The notes beneath the pieces were generated by a model. It searched no databases. It worked only from the letters and a program-made list of their open reading frames with translations, and was not told the DNA's origin. The position numbers and the translations under genes are program-made. Positions 38,423-48,942 of a stretch of DNA of 64,000 nucleotides are shown piece by piece. Origin of the DNA: a virus (taxonomy: Duplodnaviria > Caudoviricetes); the IMG/VR virus record IMGVR_UViG_3300033120_001068, positions 1 through 64,000 of that record; one strand, written 5' to 3'. The number at the start of each line of letters is the position of its first letter. The first letter of the stretch is position 1.

Positions 38423-41185
38423 ATGAAAAAAAGATTAGTGCTTTTATTTTTCTTAATAAGTTTTTTTACAACTTATAGTCAAGTCCCTACTGGGTCTTTA
38501 GGAATTGGTGTAAGACCTCCACAAGCAATGCTTGATGTAAATGGGGAACTAAAAGTTGGTGAAATAAGATCTTCACCAATACAAGATGGTATGGTTCAAT
38601 ATAAAGATAACCAATTTTTATTTAGACAAAATGGTGAATGGATTCCTTTAAACTCAAACATTTCTCCATCTTGCATAGGCGAAATTACAAAAACTGTAGA
38701 TGTTCCTACTCAATTTAACAGTAAGAGTGGTTATATTAGTATATATGAGTCAGGCGTAGTTCCTAATGCTAAGCAGTTTGTAACAACAGATTTAAGTAGT
38801 TTTAATGTAGAAATTACAATTAAATATTACTCAGAAGATGGTACACTTACAATTGGTTCTTCTAATTCAAATTTACCTTCTGGTAGTTCTTCAACTAACA
38901 TAAGAGATTTAGTTGTGGGAACTTTGTTTCCTGATGTAATAAGTCAACTTCCTTCAAATAGTATAGGGTATGGAAATTCTGCTTTTTCTATGCCGGGTTT
39001 TTATGTTCAAGGATTTAATAATGATAATTATATTTTTGAGTTTGAAATTACTTCTACAACTGGAAATTTTACAACAGATTTAGATAATAATTTCAACAAG
39101 AATTATGGAGGGGAATATATTTCTTACTTCACATCTTCAAACTCAACTGAGTTCCTTCTTGTTAATGAGTTCTTTTCTAAATTTAATTTAAAATTAACTA
39201 AAAGTAATTCTACAACTCAATACTTAAAATGGTGGGAATTAACTGAAGGAACAACTCTTGACCTAGATACCTCTGTAAATAAAGTTGAGAAAGTTATTGG
39301 ATGGAATGGAACTTACACAATGGTTACTTACAATTTAGGAGAGTTACCAATAACTGAAGAACAAGTTGACTTAAATATTTGTGAAGAATTAATAAATCTT
39401 GATGATAAAATTAATAATATTTCTACTATTTATACTACCGATGGAGAAGCTACTGAGTTTCGAAATGCCACTTTTCCTGATGGTTTAGTAATTGGAAGAG
39501 ATATAAATAATGATTTATTGACTTTTAATTCAGGTGGCTATGAAGGTAAAAATATTACAGGTTTATCTTCAAGTGGAAATATGGAACTTGTTACAAAAGA
39601 TACTTTAGTATTACAATCTTCAGGGGAAGAAGGATTAATTTGGTTCTCTGATGGAAATTTAGATGGTTTAAATGATTTAAGTGTAAAATTTTATGAATTA
39701 CCAATTATAGGAGAAATTGATTCTTTAGAATATATATATGGAGAAGGTTTAGATGGTCATTTGAAAAGAATAGAGACTTCCTTATTAGGAGGAGATTATA
39801 TTCCTCTTGCAGGTACAGAAAGTGGGAAACCAGTTACAGGAAATATATATTTTACAGAAGAAGGAAACGACGAAGATACTCTTAATTATATAGGATGGGT
39901 TGGTAATAATGATAGTCCGGCTATTGTTCGCCATAATCCTTCAACTAACACTGATATACAAACAGGTGCAGGATATATAATTCTTAAAAACGATACAGCG
40001 ATAAACCAAGTAAATCTTGGAGCAGATAAATTAGAAATAAGTTCAGGCATAACTAATTTTAGTGGCATATTGGGGAATGTTTCTTTTATAGATTATTACA
40101 CAGATGGATCTTTTGTTCAAAAGAAATATGTAGATAGTTTATTCTCAAGTAGTAGTGGTGGTTCATCATACTCTGCAAAGAATGGCATTTATATAAATAG
40201 TGATACTATTAAATTAGGTGGAAATATTACAGAACCAACAGTTATAAACTTAGATACTAATTATATAGTGTTTAAAGGAGAAAATAATGGTTTTCATTTA
40301 AACAGTTCTGATACTACTATATTTCCAGTAAACTTATATGGTTCTACTTCTAAAGATACTATAAGTGGTTTTAAGACTATAAATGGTTCGGCGCAAATTA
40401 GTGATTATTTTCCTGATTTATATATACCTATTAGTGGAGTTCTAAGAGGCAATCCAATTGGAGATGATTTAGATCCTGGTTCTGAAATGTCTACATTTAT
40501 AGCAGATATAGATGTCAATGAAGATGATATAACAGATACAGCCACAGTTGCAAGAATAATGGGTATCTACACAAGTCCAGCAAGTGATTATGTTGTTCAA
40601 ACTGTAGATGATTTAAATGCTAAAAAAGGTGTTAGTTTACTTAGAGTAAGACAAAGTTTATTAGATGGGGGTATTAAAAGTATTAGTTATTCACTTAATG
40701 AAAATACAGGTTTTAATCTAAGTCTATCAAGGCAAGATGCAATGATGAATCCATTTTATATTTCAAGAATAAATGCTGATAGTAATGGTGTTTTTAATGT
40801 TTATGTGGATACTAAACTTGGATCATCTTCATCTTCAACATTCCTTGGTAAAAATAAATTTGATATTTCTGTAGGTGCTAATGGAGATGCTTGGGAAAAT
40901 AGATATTTTAATTTTAATCAAAGTGGTTTAACTATAAAAAATAAAGATACAACTAATTATAGTTCTGCAGTTTTTGACTTAAATAATATTACATTTTCAG
41001 CAGATCCTTCAAATTACACTAGAATAACTCCAGCTACAATGACGGGGACTAATACAATAACAATACCCAGCAAAACAGGCACAATGGCAACTTTAGATGA
41101 TATAGAAAACCTTCCTACACCTCCACCAACTGGCACCTATATACTTAAATCAGTTGATGGAGTTGTACAATGGGTGGAAGAGTAA
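38423..41185 (+). CDS. signal-peptide-bearing fibre/adhesin-like protein
   Basis: MKKRLVLLFFLISFFTTYS|Q; GIGVRPPQAMLDVNG, YIPLAGT, NGIY..LGG and TITIP..TGT fibre-like modules. Confidence 0.6.
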   Translation: MKKRLVLLFFLISFFTTYSQVPTGSLGIGVRPPQAMLDVNGELKVGEIRSSPIQDGMVQYKDNQFLFRQNGEWIPLNSNISPSCIGEITKTVDVPTQFNSKSGYISIYESGVVPNAKQFVTTDLSSFNVEITIKYYSEDGTLTIGSSNSNLPSGSSSTNIRDLVVGTLFPDVISQLPSNSIGYGNSAFSMPGFYVQGFNNDNYIFEFEITSTTGNFTTDLDNNFNKNYGGEYISYFTSSNSTEFLLVNEFFSKFNLKLTKSNSTTQYLKWWELTEGTTLDLDTSVNKVEKVIGWNGTYTMVTYNLGELPITEEQVDLNICEELINLDDKINNISTIYTTDGEATEFRNATFPDGLVIGRDINNDLLTFNSGGYEGKNITGLSSSGNMELVTKDTLVLQSSGEEGLIWFSDGNLDGLNDLSVKFYELPIIGEIDSLEYIYGEGLDGHLKRIETSLLGGDYIPLAGTESGKPVTGNIYFTEEGNDEDTLNYIGWVGNNDSPAIVRHNPSTNTDIQTGAGYIILKNDTAINQVNLGADKLEISSGITNFSGILGNVSFIDYYTDGSFVQKKYVDSLFSSSSGGSSYSAKNGIYINSDTIKLGGNITEPTVINLDTNYIVFKGENNGFHLNSSDTTIFPVNLYGSTSKDTISGFKTINGSAQISDYFPDLYIPISGVLRGNPIGDDLDPGSEMSTFIADIDVNEDDITDTATVARIMGIYTSPASDYVVQTVDDLNAKKGVSLLRVRQSLLDGGIKSISYSLNENTGFNLSLSRQDAMMNPFYISRINADSNGVFNVYVDTKLGSSSSSTFLGKNKFDISVGANGDAWENRYFNFNQSGLTIKNKDTTNYSSAVFDLNNITFSADPSNYTRITPATMTGTNTITIPSKTGTMATLDDIENLPTPPPTGTYILKSVDGVVQWVEE

Positions 41186-41219
41186 AACTTAATTAACTAA
41201 TTACCTTAATAAAGAATTC

Positions 41220-42380
41220 ATGAAAAATCTTAAACAAGCATTACTATTCCTGGCATTTATTTTTGCCACAACAAGCCTTTCGGCACAACAATTACCAACT
41301 TATAAGTTACAGACTTATAAGTTAGCACAATTACAAACCATTAAAGAACAAAAAGACACTTTTACACAAGGTTTCAACTTAGGGACTTTATTTCAATTTA
41401 TTGCTGTAAAGTATAACAAGCAAGAAGATATTCCACAGGACTTACTAGATAAAATAAATAAAGTAGTTCCTCGTAGATTACTTAATACTATAAGAGTAAC
41501 AGGGACAATGGGTAACTATATGTCGATTAAGCAAAAAGGTTATGGAGAGAACAAGGATCTTTGGAAAATTTGGCAAATGTTAAGCTCCAAACTTTCTTTT
41601 GGGGACAAGTTAAAATATACAGGGTATTATTTTACTAATAATATGGTTGGAGTAGTCAACATGCTTTCTAAGTATGTTGATAGGTCGTTTCTTTACAACT
41701 TTGTAAAGGCTTATAAACAGTTAAATGCAAAAGAGGTGGAGTTTACATTTAATAGCTTGTCGCCTTTTTTAGACTTTATGTCATTATCAGAATCCCTTGA
41801 AAGTTTAAAATATATCAAGGATAATACAAACCTGACAAGACTAGAATTAGTTAATGAAAGCTACTTTGACGACCGAATAATCAAAAAGGATAACAATGAG
41901 CAAAAAGGATATGAAAATACAAAAAGGTTTACAGACTATCTTTATAGCATAGTTCCAGAAATTACAAAGATTGTAGGCAAAAATACTCCCCTTGGTCTAA
42001 ATGTCGCTAATTATAGAAGTGGTGCAAAGTTCAAAGGTCATAATAGAGCATTCACAGAATTAGCGGATAAGCTAATTGCAGATGGATATAAAGTATATTT
42101 AGTGCCTCATATTTATTTTGATTCTTACGATTTAGTAGAAATTGAAGCAGAAATTAAAGACCTTATTTCTCCATTTGTGGGTAAATACGAAATAAGAGTT
42201 ACAGAATTTAATGTAGACCCTAAAGTTAAATTACCAAATGGTAAAAAACTTACTCAAGCAGAATACACTATTTTCATGGATAATATCTTAGCTATATTCC
42301 AAAAATTAGGAGTGTCGGGAGCATTTATACATAGCTTGTGGGAATTGGATAATACTCAGTTTTCATATATAAAAAATTAA
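41220..42380 (+). CDS. secreted clan GH-A-like glycoside hydrolase (TIM barrel)
   Basis: Signal peptide ...TSLSA|QQ; LVNE acid/base-like and VTEFN nucleophile-like motifs. Confidence 0.55.
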   Translation: MKNLKQALLFLAFIFATTSLSAQQLPTYKLQTYKLAQLQTIKEQKDTFTQGFNLGTLFQFIAVKYNKQEDIPQDLLDKINKVVPRRLLNTIRVTGTMGNYMSIKQKGYGENKDLWKIWQMLSSKLSFGDKLKYTGYYFTNNMVGVVNMLSKYVDRSFLYNFVKAYKQLNAKEVEFTFNSLSPFLDFMSLSESLESLKYIKDNTNLTRLELVNESYFDDRIIKKDNNEQKGYENTKRFTDYLYSIVPEITKIVGKNTPLGLNVANYRSGAKFKGHNRAFTELADKLIADGYKVYLVPHIYFDSYDLVEIEAEIKDLISPFVGKYEIRVTEFNVDPKVKLPNGKKLTQAEYTIFMDNILAIFQKLGVSGAFIHSLWELDNTQFSYIKN

Positions 42381-42383
42381 GTT

Positions 42384-42728
42384 ATGCAATTAATTATAAA
42401 CTTATCTTGGGTTTTACTAGGGATATTATTCTATAAACTTTTATCTTTTAAAAAAAATAAAGTAACTGGTAAGTTTGACTTAAAGTTTTGGATTTTAGAT
42501 AATTGGAGGGATGTCTTATTAAATTTATTGTTGTCTTTTATAATTGTTAGATTTTATGATAATATTGTATATTTAGTAGGTGCTTTATCTTTTGTTGATA
42601 CTGGTTTACTTCTTAGAATAAAGGAAATTGAATTTTCTTTCTTTTTAATGGGATATTGCCACCAAACTATTTTCAGTTATTTAAGACATACAGAGTTTAA
42701 AAAAGTGTTAACAGAAAAAGAAAATTAG
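42384..42728 (+). CDS. small multi-pass membrane protein
   Basis: About three hydrophobic segments. Confidence 0.6.
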   Translation: MQLIINLSWVLLGILFYKLLSFKKNKVTGKFDLKFWILDNWRDVLLNLLLSFIIVRFYDNIVYLVGALSFVDTGLLLRIKEIEFSFFLMGYCHQTIFSYLRHTEFKKVLTEKEN

Positions 42729-45302
42729 ATGAAAGTTAATTTTGTTCCAAACCTATTTCTTGAAGTTATAGAACTTGAGAAATTTAAAGATTCTTTAGAC
42801 AAAGAAGGATTTAGAAAAAATATCTTAGAAAATTCTGAAAGTTTTGGTTTTATAAAAAATAAGTATAAAGACCCAAATTTTCTTAATTGTAAAGTTTCAA
42901 GAGATGTAGATGATAGTTTTGGAAATAAGACAGTCAAGGTTGAGGAATTTTTTGGAATAGATTCAACAGGAAATTTCTTGTATAAAGAACCTTTAAATTC
43001 AATAGTAATACCTAATGATGGGTCTTGGTATTGGTTGAGAACTTCTTATCAAGAATCTTCAATTGAAAAAGGGTTGTTTTCAATAAGTCAAGAAGGAAAT
43101 TTAGTTGGTAATTTTGATTCTAAATTATTATCAATATTTAGAGGGCAACCAAACTTTCCAACAAGAATTAAGTTTGAGAATAGTATTTATAATACCCAGG
43201 AGTATGATGTGGTTGAAGTTATAAATAACCAAAATGCTATTATTTCACATCCAGGACTTAGTTATTTAGGGGCATCTCAATTTATTCCTGAAACTGGTTT
43301 AAAAATATCTCTTGTAGGAACTTTTACTCCTGGAATTTTAGTTCCTCCTTCTGATAAGTTTCCTTTTAAATATGATTCTTCTTTTTTACAAGTTTTAAAA
43401 GAAACTTCTTTTAATACTCCTCCCCCATATATAAAAGACTCAACTTTTTATATTGCAAGATGTAGAGTTGTTTCTGGTCAAGTTATTATTCAAGATAAAA
43501 GATCTCAGTATTGGAAGACAGAAGGAACAGACTGGACAACAGAATTAAAAGAAACTCCAAACCCATTAATAGGGATTGAGGCAATTAAATGGAATCATAA
43601 ATATACTCCTGCTGATAAAAATATAGTAGAAGTTAGTTGGGGCATGAGATCTTTAAACTGGACAATTGATACCAGTTCAAATACTGTAACTTTTTATGGA
43701 GGGTCAGAAGGAGGCAGAATAAAGGCAATTGAAGATTTTATTAATGGAGATTTTGATGGGTGGAGACTTTATACAGAAAATGGTGAGTACAGTAAAGTGT
43801 TGTCATCTGTAAAGCAAGGAAGTTCTATAAATTTACTTCTTGATGTTTTAGAGGTTAACAATTATTCAAGCAATGGAGGTAACAGTTTAGACAGTGGAAC
43901 TAAACAACTTTTAGTTGTCCCTGATTGTGAAGAAATTGAAATTAAATTTGAGCCCATAAATAATGTAAATACTTCTTTTATAGAAAAGACATTTAAGTTT
44001 TCAATAAATACTTTTCTTGCAAGATGTGAACTGGTTGTCTTTAAAGATATTTGTGAATACAAAGTTTCTTATAGAAACAAATTGTTAAAAGAATATACTG
44101 AGTTTCTTTTAATTCCTGATGATACCACAAAAGGATACTTAACAGAAATTTCTTTTAATAATGGAGTCATAAAGCCTTTTGAAGATAGATCTTATAAAAC
44201 TTACCAAAATGGTATTATTCAACTTATACTTGCAAGTTATTCTTATATAAATTTTGTAGACAGGGTTGATAGAGGAGACTTATATAAAGTTAGAACTTTC
44301 CTTGAATTATCTCAGCCTTCTTATGAATTACAAGTTGGTGTTTCTGAAATGTATAACCATTTTATTGGTGATACTATTCAACTTGCAAGTAACACAAAGT
44401 TTATTTTATCTAATCAAGGAGTTAGGGATTTAAATGAATTTACTTTCCATTTTGACTGTTTAACTTTAAATTTAAACAACTTTACCTTAACTATTGAGGA
44501 ACCAACCTCAGATCCTCTTGTAAATAAAGTTCTTAAAGAAATAAAACCTGGAGATATTTTCCAAATGATGAATCAAGATAAAGGTATTTCCATTAAATTT
44601 GTCTGGGATTCTTTAAAAGATACTTGGATACCTACTCAAAATTATAATCTTGGAGCTCCAACAGAAATTAAGATTCTTGATGGTCAGCCTGGAGATTTAT
44701 TCAATGTTCAAGGGTGGGGTAAAGTTAGAGGGTTATTTGGTTACCATATTTGTAATGGAGAAGATGATGCTCCTGATATGAGAAAACTTTTTGTAGTTGG
44801 ATATGACTCAGATGACTCAGATTATGATTCTGTAGGTAATACCAATGTTCCTCAAACTTCAGAAGAAGAAGAAAAAGGGTATAGACTTATTGACGGAGGA
44901 AAAAGAATGGTTTTAAGGTATGGTTCACTTCCTCCTCACATACATATCACTCCAACCACAACTAGACTATTTGAAAGTGGTTCTGAACCACCAAGACTTA
45001 TTAGAACTATATCTGATAATTCTGTATCAGACGGGGATAGAGAATTGTATTTAGGAGCATTTGACGATAGGGGGACAGTTATTGGTGTCAATGATGTAGT
45101 GACAGGACCAATGATTCATGAGGATTTAGGAGTCCCTGAGGATAATATGGAAAAGTATAGAATGCTTAGATTTATTAATAACAGGGATACACAAGAAGAA
45201 GGGAATTCTGCTAGACAAACATATTTAAATATGGACCCTGCTTTTTCTATTGATAGAAGACCTCCTTACTATACTGTTCTTTATGCTAAAAAAATGTTTT
45301 AA
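42729..45302 (+). CDS. tail fibre / baseplate-associated protein with tail-collar-like C-terminus
   Basis: CNG...PDMRKLFVVGYD...LPPHIH...RPPYYTVLY collar-type motifs. Confidence 0.65.
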   Translation: MKVNFVPNLFLEVIELEKFKDSLDKEGFRKNILENSESFGFIKNKYKDPNFLNCKVSRDVDDSFGNKTVKVEEFFGIDSTGNFLYKEPLNSIVIPNDGSWYWLRTSYQESSIEKGLFSISQEGNLVGNFDSKLLSIFRGQPNFPTRIKFENSIYNTQEYDVVEVINNQNAIISHPGLSYLGASQFIPETGLKISLVGTFTPGILVPPSDKFPFKYDSSFLQVLKETSFNTPPPYIKDSTFYIARCRVVSGQVIIQDKRSQYWKTEGTDWTTELKETPNPLIGIEAIKWNHKYTPADKNIVEVSWGMRSLNWTIDTSSNTVTFYGGSEGGRIKAIEDFINGDFDGWRLYTENGEYSKVLSSVKQGSSINLLLDVLEVNNYSSNGGNSLDSGTKQLLVVPDCEEIEIKFEPINNVNTSFIEKTFKFSINTFLARCELVVFKDICEYKVSYRNKLLKEYTEFLLIPDDTTKGYLTEISFNNGVIKPFEDRSYKTYQNGIIQLILASYSYINFVDRVDRGDLYKVRTFLELSQPSYELQVGVSEMYNHFIGDTIQLASNTKFILSNQGVRDLNEFTFHFDCLTLNLNNFTLTIEEPTSDPLVNKVLKEIKPGDIFQMMNQDKGISIKFVWDSLKDTWIPTQNYNLGAPTEIKILDGQPGDLFNVQGWGKVRGLFGYHICNGEDDAPDMRKLFVVGYDSDDSDYDSVGNTNVPQTSEEEEKGYRLIDGGKRMVLRYGSLPPHIHITPTTTRLFESGSEPPRLIRTISDNSVSDGDRELYLGAFDDRGTVIGVNDVVTGPMIHEDLGVPEDNMEKYRMLRFINNRDTQEEGNSARQTYLNMDPAFSIDRRPPYYTVLYAKKMF

Positions 45303-45304
45303 AA

Positions 45305-45880
45305 ATGATTTTATATTATTCAGGTTCCTCAGCACCAAGTCAGTCTTCTAATTCTATAAAATCATTAGGAGGATATATTTCAGGAACTCAGATTCCTAAC
45401 TCAAGTATTGGAAATTTATTTGGTCAATTGACACTAAGTTCAATTTTAAGAAATAGAAGAGATACCAAACTAATTGTTTTTAAAAATATTAGTTCAGAAA
45501 CAAAAGTTTTTTCAATCTACACAGAATTACCAGTTGATTCTTTATATAGATTAAAAATAGGAGTTTGCCTTCCTGCAGAAGACCCATGTGGAATTAAATA
45601 CTTTGAACAAATAAATTCCTCTGACCAACTCCCTTATACTGCAATTTTACAAGAACATGAAGGGGTTGGAAATAAAATTGAAATGGGATCTCTTTCTCCT
45701 GGAAAAATTGTAGGTGTTTGGATTACAAGAGAAGTACTTCCTGAAACCGTTCAGACTTATACTACAATGAGTACAGATGGAAATGTAACTGGTTGTACTG
45801 AGGAATCAATAAGTAAATTAGAAAACAGACTTTTAGAAAATAAGACAGTAGAACCAAAAATTATCATTTCTTGGAACTAA
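45305..45880 (+). CDS. virion structural protein (putative)
   Basis: SLGGYISGTQIPN...LF motif; end of the tail module. Confidence 0.45.
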   Translation: MILYYSGSSAPSQSSNSIKSLGGYISGTQIPNSSIGNLFGQLTLSSILRNRRDTKLIVFKNISSETKVFSIYTELPVDSLYRLKIGVCLPAEDPCGIKYFEQINSSDQLPYTAILQEHEGVGNKIEMGSLSPGKIVGVWITREVLPETVQTYTTMSTDGNVTGCTEESISKLENRLLENKTVEPKIIISWN

Positions 45881-45929
45881 TAATTTCAAAAAGAAACCTT
45901 ATATTTAAAACCAACTTAAAATCTATATA

Positions 45930-46235
45930 ATGAGAAGTTTAGTATTTACAGACCAAAACTCAACAATCAAAGTTGAGTATGTTACAGACATCATTGACCC
46001 TACTTCACAAAACTTTACTGTAATGGAGGTGAAGGGAGAAGATACGGCATGGGAAAAGAAAAATTTACCTTTTAAAAAGGTTGAAACCAATGTACAATCC
46101 TTTGTAAAATTTGCCAAAGAAAATGATTTAAAATTAACTTTGGTTGATTATCAAAAACCAATCTCAGATATCATTGTCTTGCAAGACTTTACTAATCAGT
46201 ATTATAATGGAGGCCTAGGAACAGATAATTTATAA
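45930..46235 (+). CDS. hypothetical protein
   Basis: 101-aa ORF preceded by TATATTTA at 45900-45907. Confidence 0.6.
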   Translation: MRSLVFTDQNSTIKVEYVTDIIDPTSQNFTVMEVKGEDTAWEKKNLPFKKVETNVQSFVKFAKENDLKLTLVDYQKPISDIIVLQDFTNQYYNGGLGTDNL

Positions 46236-46291
46236 TTAAATTAGGTTTATTTAAATAAGGTTTATATATTTACTTATAACCCTTATTTAAA

Positions 46292-46926
46292 ATGGACTTA
46301 AATACTATTTCTAATTATCAATCTATCATTTCAAGAACAAGGTTACTTGAAGGACAAGATACTTTTAACACCAGAAAATTAAATAAAATAGTTAATTCTT
46401 TTTTTATGAAAAACTCAACCATTATAGAAATCTTAGATAAACCAGTTTCTCTTGATATAATTAAGTCTCTTGATGATTCTTCCTTAATTAAGTTACATAG
46501 TCTTTGTAAATCAAATCTTCATTTAAACAACCTTAGAAATAAAAATAGGTTTGATTATGAACCAGTAGTTGCACAAGAAATAGTTTCAAGACAGAAAACT
46601 TGAAAGAATTGGAAATTTTTGAGAAAGGGAGGAGAAGGTTCTCGGGGAGGAAAGATAATTGGTCATACAAAATCTGGAAAGCCAATTTACAAAACATTAT
46701 CTCACACTGGATTTAGTCCTAAGTATTCAGGGGGAATATCACATAAAAAATAAAAGAAGATTATTCTGCAGAAGATCACAAAGATGCAGCAGAAGCTTAT
46801 CGCAAACAAGCAGAGTCTCTTAATAAGGAAAACGACCCTTATGACCATGAAGGTGCAGCTAATCGTATAACTGCTTCTTTTCATGAAGGTCACCACAAAG
46901 AAAAAGAAATGAGGAAGAAAAAGTAA
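46292..46926 (+). pseudogene. interrupted capsid-cargo paralog (module A), similar to 12154..12690
   Basis: ORF stops at TGA 46601, but the same frame continues KGGEGSRGGKIIGHTKSGKPIY. After A6 (46745-46750) the -1 frame gives DYSAEDHKDAAEAY (cf. DFTGQDHYDAAKFH) to TAA 46924-46926, followed by a terminator. Confidence 0.75.
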
Positions 46927-46947
46927 TAATTAACCCCATTGAAATTA

Positions 46948-46986
46948 AAAATAAAGTAAGTATTAATATTTACTTTATTTTTTTTA
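46948..46986 (+). terminator. intrinsic terminator
   Basis: AAATAAAGTAA / TTACTTTATTT hairpin followed by a long T-run. Confidence 0.7.
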
Positions 46987-47025
46987 ACTAAAATTTATTT
47001 AATTTTATTAAATTAGTAAAACTTC

Positions 47026-47595
47026 ATGGAAGATTTCTTAACTGAAAGAAACTTAAATAAAGGATACCAGTATTTTAATGGAAAACATTATAATACTAAG
47101 TTCACTCCTACTGAAAGTTCAAAAAAGATAGGGGAGAAATTTATTTTATTGTGTGATAAAAAACTTAAAGGAACTTTAAAAGTAGGGTTTCTTTATAAAT
47201 ACCTTTTATTTCAATTCTCTTATTGGAATTCTTGTACCATTGAACAGTATAACAAAAGAGTAAATTATTCCTTCATTTATGGAGAGAAGGCCTTTAAAAG
47301 GTATTTAGAAAGGAATATTTCAATGGACTTCTTATTGCATAGTGTAGATTTTCTTTATTTACAACAACTTAAGATTTCAGAAAGAGAATTTAAGCAATTA
47401 TTCAAGACAAAATTAGTTAGGCAAACAAAAAGGGTTCCTTATAATAATCCTATAAGAAAAATTAGACTAAATACTGATTTAGGGTTATTTACTTGTAGTT
47501 CGAACTATTTATTTTTTACAGAATTAGATGAGTCATGTAAAGTGTGTATTTTTAAAGAAGATTGTTTAACATTAAAAAAAGAAAACAACCTATAA
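47026..47595 (+). CDS. hypothetical replication-associated protein with C-terminal Cys cluster
   Basis: Upstream of helicase; C...CKVC..C. Confidence 0.55.
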   Translation: MEDFLTERNLNKGYQYFNGKHYNTKFTPTESSKKIGEKFILLCDKKLKGTLKVGFLYKYLLFQFSYWNSCTIEQYNKRVNYSFIYGEKAFKRYLERNISMDFLLHSVDFLYLQQLKISEREFKQLFKTKLVRQTKRVPYNNPIRKIRLNTDLGLFTCSSNYLFFTELDESCKVCIFKEDCLTLKKENNL

Positions 47596-47598
47596 ACT

Positions 47599-48942
47599 AT
47601 GAAAGTTTTAACCAAAGATTTTGTTGTTGAATTGTTTAGTGCAATATTAAGAGATGAAAAAATATTGCTTATTTGTAAAGAGTATTTAAAATATCAGTAT
47701 TTATATGATGATTCTCAAAAGAAAGTTTTCAAATACATAATAGAAACTTATACTTTGACAGGAGTAAGTCCTACAATTGGTGCAATAGGACAAACTTTTT
47801 CAATTGATGAAGAGACTCTAAATTTTCTAACAAAAGTCAAAAAAGTTACAGTAACAAAAGATGATGTTGGAACACTTTTGTCTACTTTTGAAATTTTTAT
47901 AAAAGACAGTAGATTTAGACTGCTTTATGATAAAATAACTGACTTATATAATGAAGGAAAAAAAGAAGGAGCAATTAAATACTTAGAAGAAGAATCTGCT
48001 TTAATAAGTTCCTTCTCATTGAAAGACAATACTTATACTACTGTTTTTAAAGGGTTTGCAGATAGACAAGAAAAAAGGATTAATAGTAGTGATGATATTT
48101 TACTGGAAAAACTGACTTTTGGAGTTCATGAGTTGGACGATTTAACAAGAGGAGGATTTAATAAAGGGACTTCAGTCTTATTGATGGCATTATCAGGAAA
48201 AGGAAAATCAACTTTTTTAAGATGGATTGGTTTATGTAATGCTAGATTGGGTAGAAGAGTTGTTCATTTCCAAGCAGAAGGGACAGAACAAGATTGTCTA
48301 AATGCTTATGATGCTGGTTGGACCTCAGTTAATATTTATGATATGGAAACTGGCAGTCTTCCATCTGATAAAAAAGACAAGATTTTAAAAGCACAAAGAG
48401 ACATTTTAGCAACAGGAGGAGAGATTTATGTTTATGCAAGTGAGAGTTTTGATTCTATGTCTATTAATAAATGTAATGATGTTTTAGATGATATAGAAAA
48501 AATTCATGGACCAGTAGATTTAGTTATTTTTGACTACCTTGAAATTTTTACAGTAAAAGGGCAATATGGTTCCTCAGAGGCAAGTGAAAGAAAAAGGAGA
48601 GAAGAAATTTCTAATAAAATAACTAATATTGCAGTTCAGAGAAAATGTGGGACAGTTGCTGCTACACAAGCTCAAGATATCTCAAAAGATAAAGTGGATA
48701 ATGAAGAATTTGTCTTGACCAGAAATCATATTTCAGAATTTAAAGGGTGTGTAAAGCCTTTTTCTTACTTTATAACAATCAACCAAACCTCAGATGAGTA
48801 TGAGTCTGAAATAATAAGACTGTATTGTGATAAGTTTAGAAAATACAAGTCAGGACAAGTTGTTAAAGCATTCCAGTCCTTGAGTAATGGAAGGTTCTAT
48901 AATGCCATGAAAACTTTACAGTACATTTATAAAGTAAAATAA
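47599..48942 (+). CDS. replicative DnaB-like helicase
   Basis: Walker A ALSGKGKST, HFQAEG, IFDYLE and ATQ motifs. Confidence 0.88.
   Translation: MKVLTKDFVVELFSAILRDEKILLICKEYLKYQYLYDDSQKKVFKYIIETYTLTGVSPTIGAIGQTFSIDEETLNFLTKVKKVTVTKDDVGTLLSTFEIFIKDSRFRLLYDKITDLYNEGKKEGAIKYLEEESALISSFSLKDNTYTTVFKGFADRQEKRINSSDDILLEKLTFGVHELDDLTRGGFNKGTSVLLMALSGKGKSTFLRWIGLCNARLGRRVVHFQAEGTEQDCLNAYDAGWTSVNIYDMETGSLPSDKKDKILKAQRDILATGGEIYVYASESFDSMSINKCNDVLDDIEKIHGPVDLVIFDYLEIFTVKGQYGSSEASERKRREEISNKITNIAVQRKCGTVAATQAQDISKDKVDNEEFVLTRNHISEFKGCVKPFSYFITINQTSDEYESEIIRLYCDKFRKYKSGQVVKAFQSLSNGRFYNAMKTLQYIYKVK

Noticed and set aside
46601-46603. Genome-wide TGA or TAG stop reassignment
   Set aside because: Genes are full length in the standard code and TGA and TAG end real genes (19031, 57924, 42728); only this one locus suggests readthrough
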